A stretch of DNA of 63,793 bases, the filler included, from Octopus bimaculoides (taxonomy: Eukaryota), in assembly GCF_001194135.2 (NCBI RefSeq). It is 6 parts of 4 records of this genome, joined end to end, with 100 filler letters (N's around TTAATTAATTAA, not from the genome) between each part and the next. Parts side by side here need not be neighbours in the genome. Positions count along the whole stretch, not along the records: positions 52,006 to 57,222 come from NC_069006.1; positions 57,323 to 63,793 come from NC_068990.1; 4 more parts are not named here. One strand, 5' to 3'. Each line of letters opens with the position of its first letter. Position 1 is the first letter of the stretch. Made by a program: the position numbers and the translations under genes. Of the stretch, positions 54,560 to 63,793 are shown piece after piece. Under the pieces are notes generated by a model. It saw only the letters and a list, made by a program, of their open reading frames with translations. It did not search any database and was not told the DNA's origin.

Positions 54560-55135
54560 AAGAAAAGAAGAGTAAAGATACCGCTTACTAAAAATAAAAG
54601 CGAATGCTTTAAAAAACCCACCAATTCTACGATAAATAAACACACGAGCAATGTAATGAATATTTTAAAAATAGGCCTACCTTCAGGATGGAATATGAAG
54701 GCGGATACCTCAATATCAGTTGATTTCATGTTGTGCATGAGAAAACATGCTTTGCAATTGGAGACAGTATTTAACACTTATTTCTAAAATATTCATTACC
54801 TCAACATCTGTGCGTTTCTAACTTTAAACGTCAAGCTCCGTTTAAAGGGAAAACATCGTAAACAGTAAAAAGAAAGTTGATGTAATGAATATTTTAGAAA
54901 TAGATGCTAAATACTGTCTGCAACTGAGGATTGCAAAGCATGTTTTAGCATGCACAGCATGAAATCAATTGATATTGGGGTATGTATTAACATGCCTTCA
55001 TATTCCATTCTGAAGTTGGGCTTATTTTTCAAAATATTCATTACATTGCTCGTGTGTGTATTTATCGTAGAATTGGTGGTTTTTTAAAGCTTTTGCTTTG
55101 ATTTTTAGCAAGTGGTGTCTTTACCCTTCTTTTTC

Positions 55136-55137
<2 letters not shown>
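54560..55137. repeat. Long inverted repeat (arms 54560-54805 and 54876-55137, 70-bp spacer)
   Basis: Arms align as reverse complements at roughly 85-90% identity by eye, with two small indels. Confidence 0.92.
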
Positions 55138-55166
<29 letters not shown>

Positions 55167-55177
55167 CATACATACAT

Positions 55178-55279
55178 ACGTGAAGTATATTTGCCACTTA
55201 AATGTGACTAACCACTAAGGGCGAATGCTACTGTAGCCTTAGTGGTTAGCCACATTTAAGTGACAAATATACTCCACGT
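55178..55279. repeat. 102-bp fold-back with a 43-bp stem and 16-nt loop
   Basis: acgtgaagtatatttgccacttaaatgtgactaaccactaagg / ccttagtggttagccacatttaagtgacaaatatactccacgt; 3 mismatches. Confidence 0.95.
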
Positions 55280-55784
55280 TGTCGTGCAGCTACTGTTTAT
55301 ACCTCGTTCAGGGATTTATTATATANNNNNNNNNNNNNNNNNNNNNNNNNNNNNNNNNNNNNNNNNNNNNNNNNNNNNNNNNNNNNNNNNNNNNNNNNNN
55401 NNNNNNNNNNNNNNNNNNNNNNNNNNNNNNNNNNNNNNNNNNNNNNNNNNNNNNNNNNNNNNNNNNNNNNNNNNNNNNNNNNNNNNNNNNNNNNNNNNNN
55501 NNNNNNNNNNNNNNNNNNNNNNNNNNNNNNNNNNNNNNNNNNNNNNNNNNNNNNNNNNNNNNNNNNNNNNNNNNNNNNNNNNNNNNNNNNNNNNNNNNNN
55601 NNNNNNNNNNNNNNNNNNNNNNNNNNNNNNNNNNNNNNNNNNNNNNNNNNNNNNNNNNNNNNNNNNNNNNNNNNNNNNNNNNNNNNNNNNNNNNNNNNNN
55701 NNNNNNNNNNNNNNNNNNNNNNNNNNNNNNNNNNNNNNNNNNNNNNNNNNNNNNNNNNNNNNNNNNNNNNNNNNNNNNNNNNNA

Positions 55785-55864
<80 letters not shown>

Positions 55865-56027
55865 ATACACACACACATTCATATATACACAGATATATTT
55901 ATTTGTTTATTTATTTTATATATTCATTCATTTATTTATAATTATATATGTATCTATGCATGTAATTGATACGCACAATTGATTGTTGTTCTCATTTCAG
56001 GTGAATTTACTGACAAAACGAGTTACA

Positions 56028-56342
56028 ATGTCTTGTTATCCGACGCCTTATTGCCCTCCTGAGCCTTCTTGTGGTCCTGTACCTTCTTGTTATCCTGAGC
56101 CTTATTGTCCTTCTGTGGTTGTGCCTTGTCCTTCTGAGCCTGTTTATCCCCCTGCGCCTACTTATCCTCCTCAGCCTTTTTATCCTCCTCAGCCTTCTTG
56201 TCCTGCTGAGCCTTTTGTCCCTCCTGTACCTTCCTGTAACCCTATGATAAATGCAGGTGATCGAGTAACAATATCTGCTGATATCGAAACACTGATGAGA
56301 TACCAAGTTGGCCATGGCGGCTGGGATTGTCATATGTCAGGT
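56028..56342 (+). CDS. Coding exon: Pro/Cys/Tyr hexapeptide-repeat N-terminus plus the N-terminal half of a Mind bomb REP (SH3_15) domain; gene incomplete in this window
   Basis: Acceptor ttgttctcatttcag| at 56000/56001; acaATG at 56028; MSCYPTPYCPPEPSCG...PVPSCNPMINAGDRVTISADIETLMRYQVGHGGWDCHMSG; phase-0 donor GGT|GTAAGT at 56342/56343. The last 32 aa match Mib1 [32 protein letters not shown] (recalled sequence) at 13 positions. Confidence 0.85.
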
Positions 56343-56597
56343 GTAAGTCTGTCTTTTCACTGGCCTTTTTCATTTTTGTTTCTTTTGCTCTATGATAGCT
56401 TGAAATTATAAAACTGAGCTGGTTGTAACTATGGCCATTACTCGGTGTCCAATCTGTTGTAAGCATTTGGGTGAGGTTTCCAAGATGAGGGTACCTACTT
56501 TCTTTCCCTTCACCAATCTCGGGACACATGTGACGAATTGTGGGTACCACTTTCCCTCCTGAATGCATGCTTGCATATATATGCATACATACACACA

Positions 56598-56845
56598 CCT
56601 TATGAGTAGATTTGGTAGACGGAAACTGAAAAGAAGCCTGTTGTATATATGGGTGTGTGTTTGTGTGTTTGCATTTATCTCCCTCCCCTCTCAACATCGC
56701 TTGACAACTGATGCTGTTGTGCTTACGTTCCCGTAACTTAGCGGTTCGGCAAAATAGGCTGATAGAATAAGTCCTGGGGTCGATTTGCTCGAGTAAAGGT
56801 GGTGCTCCAACATGGCCTCATTCAAATGAATGAAACAAGAGAATA
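56598..56845 (+). mobile_element. SINE family A, 3' half
   Basis: gatttggtagacggaaactgaaa...cgcttgacaac...gaatgaaacaag. Confidence 0.88.
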
Positions 56846-56858
56846 AAATATACATATA

Positions 56859-57023
56859 GGCGCAGGAGTGGCTGTGTGGTAAGTAGCTTGCTTACCAACC
56901 ACTTGGTTCCGGGTTCAGTCCCACTGCATGGCACCTTGGGCAAGTGTCTTCTACTATAGCCTCGGGCCGACCAAAGCCTTGTGAGTGGATTTGGTAGACG
57001 GAAACTGAAAGAAGCCCGTCGTA

Positions 57024-57066
<43 letters not shown>

Positions 57067-57222
57067 ATATATATGTATGTGTGTATATGTTTGTGTCTGT
57101 GTTTGTCCCTCCAACATCGCTTGACAACCGATGCTGGTGTGTTTACGTCCCCGTAACTTAGCGGTTCGGCAAAAGAGACCGATAGAATAAGTACTAGGTT
57201 TCCAAAGGATAAATCCTGGGGT
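56859..57222 (+). mobile_element. SINE family A, young copy cut off by a gap
   Basis: Near-consensus sequence, in tandem with the previous copy. Confidence 0.92.
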
Positions 57223-57387
57223 NNNNNNNNNNNNNNNNNNNNNNNNNNNNNNNNNNNNNNNNNNNNTTAATTAATTAANNNNNNNNNNNNNNNNNNNNNN
57301 NNNNNNNNNNNNNNNNNNNNNNACCAGTTTCCTAGCAACTAGCTTCAGAAAGAAAGAAAACATGCTTTTGTTTTTGTTATTGTCGAT

Positions 57388-57388
57388 G

Positions 57389-57428
<40 letters not shown>

Positions 57429-57480
57429 TACTATTGTTACTATTATTTTTATTATTATTACTATCATCATCATCATCATC

Positions 57481-57525
<45 letters not shown>

Positions 57526-57580
57526 GTCGTCGTCGTCGTCGTCGTTGTCGTCGTCGTCGTCGTCATCATCGTCGTCGTCG

Positions 57581-57631
<51 letters not shown>

Positions 57632-57685
57632 CCCTCATCGTCATTATCATCATAATAACCATCATCATCATCATCATCATCATTG
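57388..57685. repeat. Compound (CAT)n/(ATT)n/(CGT)n trinucleotide repeat
   Basis: Direct. Confidence 0.97.
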
Positions 57686-58103
57686 TTAATATAACGGTTA
57701 TTGTTCTTATGATTGTTATCATTTTTATTGTATTACTACTTAGAATGTTTTGTTTTTTTCTTTTCTCTTTTTTGCTCTATTTTTCTCCTCTTTCTTATCA
57801 AACCATTCTACTACACACATACACACACACACTTTCTCTCTCTCCCACCCCTCACTCTCTTTCTCTTAGTCTCCTTCTCCTCCACCCCCTCTCTCTCTCT
57901 CTCTCTTTTCCACTTTCTTTCACTGTCTCTTCGAGAACAAGAAATTTTGGATTGGACAGTACCTTAACGTGTGCCATTCCTTACCATTTTTTCATCTTTC
58001 TCTTTTATTCCTGACATTTTTTTCCCTTCTTTTGCTCTTTTGTTTTCACTGTAAATTTTTCAATTTTCGCCAGATATACTTTTAAAGAATCGTTACCCCC
58101 TTT

Positions 58104-58147
<44 letters not shown>

Positions 58148-58959
58148 TTATTATTATTGTCATGATTATTATTATTGTTGTAGTTGATGTTGCTGTTGTT
58201 GGTGATGTTGTTGTTCTTGTTGTTCTTATTGTTGTTCCTATTCAACTAATTGATCAAATCTAAGAGTTTATTAGACGTGACATCTAGAATGCTTTATTGA
58301 TTGGCAGCCGAAAATTAATGACCATTCTGTACATTGTTGTAAAAATATTTGTGTTCCGTGATCATGTTTGAAAATGAATGATATACAATTTAAGAGGCAC
58401 CAAAGGCAAAAAAAAGAAAAGCAGGCGAGAGTACGGGGGGTGCTAATGCACACACACACACACACACACACATGCTCACGCGCGCTCCGTACACACGCTA
58501 ATAGAATGATATACAATTTAACAAGGAACAATGACAAGCAGAAAACTAAGAGGACACACAACAAAGAGCATTGAATGATATATTTTAAAATCGAAGAAGG
58601 GAAAGAAAGATATGAACGGAAAGATATATCGAGAAAGTGGGAGTTGGTGAAGAGGGTGTCACTCAAGATGAGTGTGAAAATAAAGGCGAAGAGAGAGGAA
58701 AGATACTATGGAAATTACGAGCCATTGAAGACCAGGAAATGAGTTTAATACAAGAACATACAAATTAATATTATTAACATAGCGTATATGGTAATACTTG
58801 ATGGATTCTTCCGTCGAAGACGTCGTATGAACGTTAAGCCTTTTGCCGAACGACCTGCACAAATGGTTTGTTTATGGCGATCAAATGTCGTGCTGCACCT
58901 TAGCTGACTTTCTCCATCAAATCGAAGTTGTCTGAACCGTTGCACGATGTGCCACGCAT

Positions 58960-59095
58960 CAGGTGTCGACATGATCGCAGAGCGACAATACGATGAAATG
59001 CTTTGCTCATGAGCACAACGCACCACCCGGTCTGGGAATTGAAATCACGATCTAGCGATCGTGAGTGCAATACGCTGACCACCAAGCCATGGTCC
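58960..59095 (-). mobile_element. Old tRNA-derived SINE head
   Basis: gctcatgagcacaacgcaccacccggtctgggaattgaaatcacgatc...gaccaccaagccat. Confidence 0.6.
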
Positions 59096-59126
59096 CTCAT
59101 ATATATGGTAATATACACATACATAT

Positions 59127-59164
<38 letters not shown>

Positions 59165-59325
59165 NNNNNNNNNNNNNNNNNNNNNNNNNNNNNNNNNNNN
59201 NNNNNNNNNNNNNNNNNNNNNNNNNNNNNNNNNNNNNNNNNNNNNNNNNNNNNNNNNNNNNNNNNNNNNNNNNNNNNNNNNNNNNNTATATATATATGGA
59301 AAAAGTCATGGTAGAAAATGCTAAA

Positions 59326-59364
<39 letters not shown>

Positions 59365-60825
59365 TTGTAATTAAACAAATAATATCATTCTATGTGTTTA
59401 TATGTACGAAAAATATACAGAAACGTTTTCAGAGAATAAGCGTTTTTGTATCAAAGTTCTACTGAAATTATAGTGGCATATATATTCGTATTCTTAAGGT
59501 GAGTTTGACATTATAATTTATATAAACACATATAACAAAGGAGAGAAGGATGGAAGGAAACAAGGAAAAGTAAGGAGTAACAACCTGCTGCTTAGATTTT
59601 TTTGTATTGGAAAAGGTTTTTATCTTGTGTGTACATTTTTGAGTTTTTCGTCCAAAAGGTTTTTCTTAACTGGCTCGGATCTGATTTCACTGAATTCGTC
59701 TAAGAAAGATGTATGTAATTTTTTCCATGGCTTTTCCATAATGTATGTATATAAAGTTTCATGGGCCAAAAGACTTGCCAAAAAACTAAAAGGTCTATGA
59801 GGCGTAGATGTAGAACCATTTAGAGATTTTTTTTTTTATCTGCTCTACTTGATAAACCCACATAGCAAAGCAACAAGCGCAATTAAGGGCAGCATTTTCC
59901 ATTTCACTAATCCTCCAGAACTGATCCTGAAAAGAGGGTTGTGAAAATAAAATAAAATAAAATAAAGGGGATCCAGCATGGCTATGGCTTCTAGCTAAAA
60001 CAATATGTGTGTGTGTGCGTGCGCGTGCGTGTTTCTGTGTGCGTGTGTGTGTGTGTATGTATGCGTGTGTGTATTTATGCTTACGTATAAACACTTTATT
60101 GAAGAAGCAGCATATAATCTTTAGATTGTCTCCTCAGAGATTTTAAGAATAAAAATAACCAGAAGTGATAAATATAGGAAAGAGTCATTAATGATTATAG
60201 TTATGACATGTGTCAATTTGTTTAAACGAAGGATGTCTCAATGAAAGTGCTTTATAACAAATTAAGACATAATTTACACTACGACCGAAATAAAGCAAAA
60301 TGATTCAAAAATATACGATGCAAAGAAGATACGTATACGTGCAGCTTACTGAGAAACTAAGCTAATATTTCATCACCAAGGCCACGACGTGTGAGTAGAA
60401 TATCGATAATGAAACAGATCTAGTGACACTCCTGTCCAAAGATGATGCATTACTTCACGGTGTTGCAAGCTGAGGTAAAGGTAATGCGAGAAAGAAAAGG
60501 AAAATGTAACGAATACTTTATACATAGAATTATCGCTCGGTGTCGCAGCAAATAACTGCTAGATCCATCAATCTTTCATCTGTGAATCCCTTTAATTTCT
60601 ATTTTATTTTGGTGGACCTCCATCGTCATTCGACGTTTAAAAACTAATTTCATAGATTCTTCTTTTAAAATTCCTATTTTGCTTTTCACACATTAAATTG
60701 TGTAGGTTGAACGATGTAAACTGTTAGCGAAAGAAACCTAGCCGCTTCGTGCATTACATACCAATACATATATCTAAAGAAACATTTTTTAAGGAGCCCT
60801 TAAAATACTATTCCATATGCCCACG

Positions 60826-60900
60826 GACATATGGCGTAGTGGTTAAGAGCGCGAGCTAATAACCCCAAGATTCCGAGTTCGATTCCAGGCAGTGACCTGG

Positions 60901-60945
<45 letters not shown>
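60826..60945 (+). mobile_element. Short tRNA-like SINE with (AAT)n tail
   Basis: tggcgtagtggttaagagcg (A box), gagttcgattcc (B box); no clean acceptor or anticodon stem. Confidence 0.7.
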
Positions 60946-60947
60946 TA

Positions 60948-61370
60948 ATGAAAAGAAACATAACAAGTAACTGCAGAATATGTAGCGATGGACAAGAAAC
61001 AATAACTCATATTATCTCTGGCTGTCCAGTCCTGGCTAAGAAGGAATATATTCACAGTCACGACAGAGCTGGGACCTATATACACTGGAAGCCATGCCAA
61101 CACTATGGAATAACAACAGAAAAAAGATGGTATAAACACATGCCAGAAAAGATCACAGAAAACGAGAAAGCAACCATACTNNNNNNNNNNCAGAAAAGAT
61201 CACAGAAAACGAGAAAGCAACCATACTCTGGGATATGCCAATACACACAGATAGAGAAATTAAGGCCAATAGGCCAGACATAGTTGTCAGAGATCATGAG
61301 GGACAAAAATGTTTTCTAATTGATGTATCAATACCAGAAGATGACAACGTTTCTCTAAAAGAATACATTT
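60948..61370 (+). mobile_element. R4/Dong-like LINE fragment: CCHC zinc knuckle plus restriction-like endonuclease
   Basis: CRICSDGQETITHIISGCPVLAKKEYIHSHD...; LWDMPIHTDREIKANRPDIVVRDHEGQKCFLIDVSIPEDDN (PD..D motif). Confidence 0.88.
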
Positions 61371-61587
61371 AGCAATTGGAGAATATACAGAAACTTACAG
61401 CTGTTTCGGCCTAGCGTTGACATGCCCCATTCTATCTCTATAGCTCCTGTGTGCCGGAGTAATTAGCAGATGAAAATGATGTAATGGGGGTACATGCATG
61501 ATTCGCTAGGTCTCTTCAGAGATTCACAAAATCCAATACAAATATAAAATAAAAAATAAAAGATAAAATAAAAATAAAAATAAAAAT

Positions 61588-61757
61588 AAGTGCGACCCAG
61601 CATGGCCGCAGTCCAATGAGTGCAACCCAGCATGGCCGCAGTCCAATGAGTGTGACCCAGCATGGCCGCAGTCCAATGAGTGTGACCCAGCATAGCTTCA
61701 GGCCAATGAGTGCGATCCAGCATGGCTGCAGTCCAATGAGTGAGACCCAGCATGGAA
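61588..61757 (+). repeat. 30-bp minisatellite, about 5.6 units, derived from a SINE 3' motif
   Basis: Unit gagtgcgacccagcatggccgcagtccaat, ending in gaacaagaaaaagataaaagat. Confidence 0.93.
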
Positions 61758-62425
61758 CAAGAAAAAGATAAAAGATGGTCTCAAGATTACTTCCACAACC
61801 ACCGCCTACTCCACCACTACCATTACAACCACCACCGCCACAACACCCCATTATCATATATTACCATAACTGGTATCATCACCACCACCACCCACAACGT
61901 TAATATTGACAGTATAGTCACTAGTCTCAGTGGCGGCGGCGGCGACGGCAGTGGTGGCGGTGGTGCCTGCTTTTGGCGGCGGCGATGGTGGTGGCGGTGC
62001 TAGTGGTAGTGGTGCACCGTTAAATCATTTTCTTTTGTATTGATTGACACCAGATTGGATTGCAGGTCTTGTCGTCGGTTGACTGGAAGCCAAGCAGCCA
62101 GCCATAAATTAAAGGCAGGAAAGTAAATATTTCTTCAGCTCATACTGGTCAGCCAGACAACGTCAGCAAGTTATTTCCACCGGACTGAGCTGTCTTGAGC
62201 AACTACTGCCACTGACCAAATCGTTTAATGGAATGCTAGGAGCAAAGTGTACAGTAATTGGCCGAAGCCAACGACTTGACGATCAATCAACGAACGTGGA
62301 TACCAACGAATGCTAGATGAATAGAGAAAGATAATATAAGCGTTGTATGTGTGCATGTGTGTGTGCTTGTGTATGTGTATGTGCGCGTATTTTTGTGTGC
62401 ATGTGTGAGTGTGTGCGTAGATGTG

Positions 62426-62467
<42 letters not shown>

Positions 62468-62619
62468 CATTGTATTTATATGTATAATATATATTGCACA
62501 TCTATGCACACACACATCCGCACACATATTTACATTATACATACATGCATGTATGTATGTATGTATGTATGTACATATATGCATGCGTGTGCGTGCACGT
62601 GTGTATGTGAGTTTGTGTA

Positions 62620-62740
62620 GGCGCGTGGACTAGTGGTCGAGGCCGTAGATTCACACTTGGAAAGTCGCATGTTCGATTCCCGATTTACGCAGTATGCTAT
62701 GTCTTTAAGCAAGGCACTTTGTTTCACACTTCTCTCTTAC
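62620..62740 (+). mobile_element. Old tRNA-derived SINE head
   Basis: ggcgcgtggactagtggtcg...gttcgattcccg...aagcaaggcactttgtttcac. Confidence 0.55.
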
Positions 62741-63157
62741 TTAAATCAGCCGAAAAAAAGCAGTAATAACATAAGACAGATGGACGTCTCCCTGCCACAA
62801 ACGAGCATATTCATGAACTCCGTCGAGATCCAACATGGGTGTTGATAGATCGATTATATATCTGTGTCGGCTTGTGGTTACTTAGGGGTCGGCGAACAGG
62901 GATAAATTGCCTTAAGTGGCGTAAAAATGAAATTTTTGTGGGTAACGAGGACTCATTAGATATCAGCAAAATTATATTAAAAGAAAATGTGTTCCTTGTA
63001 AGGACAGAAATTTATCTTCTGGCAAGAGGAGGCCATCAAAAGACAGCAAATGGTGAAAGAGTGAGGGGAGAAAATGTAATTAGAGAAGGGTGGAGGAAGA
63101 AAACAGAATAGTGTAGAAACGCATCAAAAAGGTTACGCGACGCATCCATTTCCAAGG

Positions 63158-63200
<43 letters not shown>

Positions 63201-63754
63201 GAAGGGGCCGGTGTGAAAATAGGACAAGATAGCGTGTGGAAGGAATTGTCTATTGTGAGTGGATAAGTTAAATAAAACTGTCTAAAGAACAGTTTAGAAT
63301 TACTAAATATGAATCACAAATAAATGTATGAAATGCTAAATAAGCAAATGCATTGAAATATAAATATGATTCCTCATTTGGTTATGTGAAAGAGACGCAA
63401 CTCATTAAAGCAAAGCACAAGAGATGCGATTATTTCAATGCCGTAAGATAAAATAGACTGAAAAATAAACGGGAGATTTTTAGAAATACGATGAGAAACA
63501 CTCAAGAAGCAAATTAAAATGTAACAAGCTAAGTGAAACAAATTAGCGTTTTGGCCTTTGGAGACAATCGAAGATTAAGATTGAAAGGAGATAGAAATTA
63601 TAGAAGTGAGGTCAAGAGTAAATAAAATAGCTGATCATATAACGTAAGTTAGATGCTGTATGAAGAAGTTGTCTTTAAATACAAACTGATTATAAGTACA
63701 TGCATACATACACACACACGCACACATATATATATATATATATATAAACATATA

Positions 63755-63793
<39 letters not shown>

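Noticed and set aside
56007-56333. Arg-rich protamine-like ORF on the minus strand
   Set aside because: Antisense shadow of the Pro-rich exon (cct reads agg); the splice signals and domain homology are on the + strand.
56343-56411. Read-through tail of the 55983-56411 ORF (VSLSFHWPF...)
   Set aside because: Starts with GTAAGT mid-domain, so it is intron. The TTG start at 55983 lies in the acceptor tract.
57525-57582. (CAT)n switching to (CGT)n as a trace of RNA editing
   Set aside because: A point mutation followed by slippage expansion explains it; there is no sign of retroposition.
60826-60900. tRNA gene
   Set aside because: Has A and B boxes but no proper cloverleaf, and is followed by an (AAT)n tail; a SINE.
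61588-61757. 30-bp repeats as a CRISPR array
   Set aside because: Units are contiguous with no unique spacers, there are no cas genes, the context is eukaryotic, and the unit derives from a SINE.

Overview
AT-rich, repeat-dominated animal DNA from a gapped scaffold. The tRNA-derived SINE families with internal (TA)n/(TG)n tracts and the extreme microsatellite load look like Octopus; this is inferred from recall, not from a search. Most of the window is intergenic or intronic: dozens of SINE copies from at least five families, decayed LINE fragments (CR1-like, RTE, L1/Tx1-like ORF1, CRE and R4/Dong restriction-like endonuclease, Penelope-like), Tc1 and piggyBac remnants, MITEs and microsatellites. 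Nearly all ORFs in the supplied track are microsatellite or gap artefacts. The one convincing host coding exon is at 56001-56342 (+, ATG at 56028). It encodes about 70 aa of Pro/Cys/Tyr hexapeptide repeats joined directly to the first half of a Mind bomb REP (SH3_15) domain, which is not the canonical Mib1/Mib2 architecture. Just upstream are a nested long inverted repeat (about 580 bp) and a 43-bp-stem hairpin. Other leads are a perfect 56-bp palindrome beside an unidentified decayed ORF (416-2460) and an exon-like segment with strong splice sites on both strands (37878-38082), whose minus-strand reading starts with a signal-peptide-like sequence. No CRISPR array, rRNA gene or credible tRNA gene was found. 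Repeat boundaries are approximate and family assignments come from manual translation and recall.
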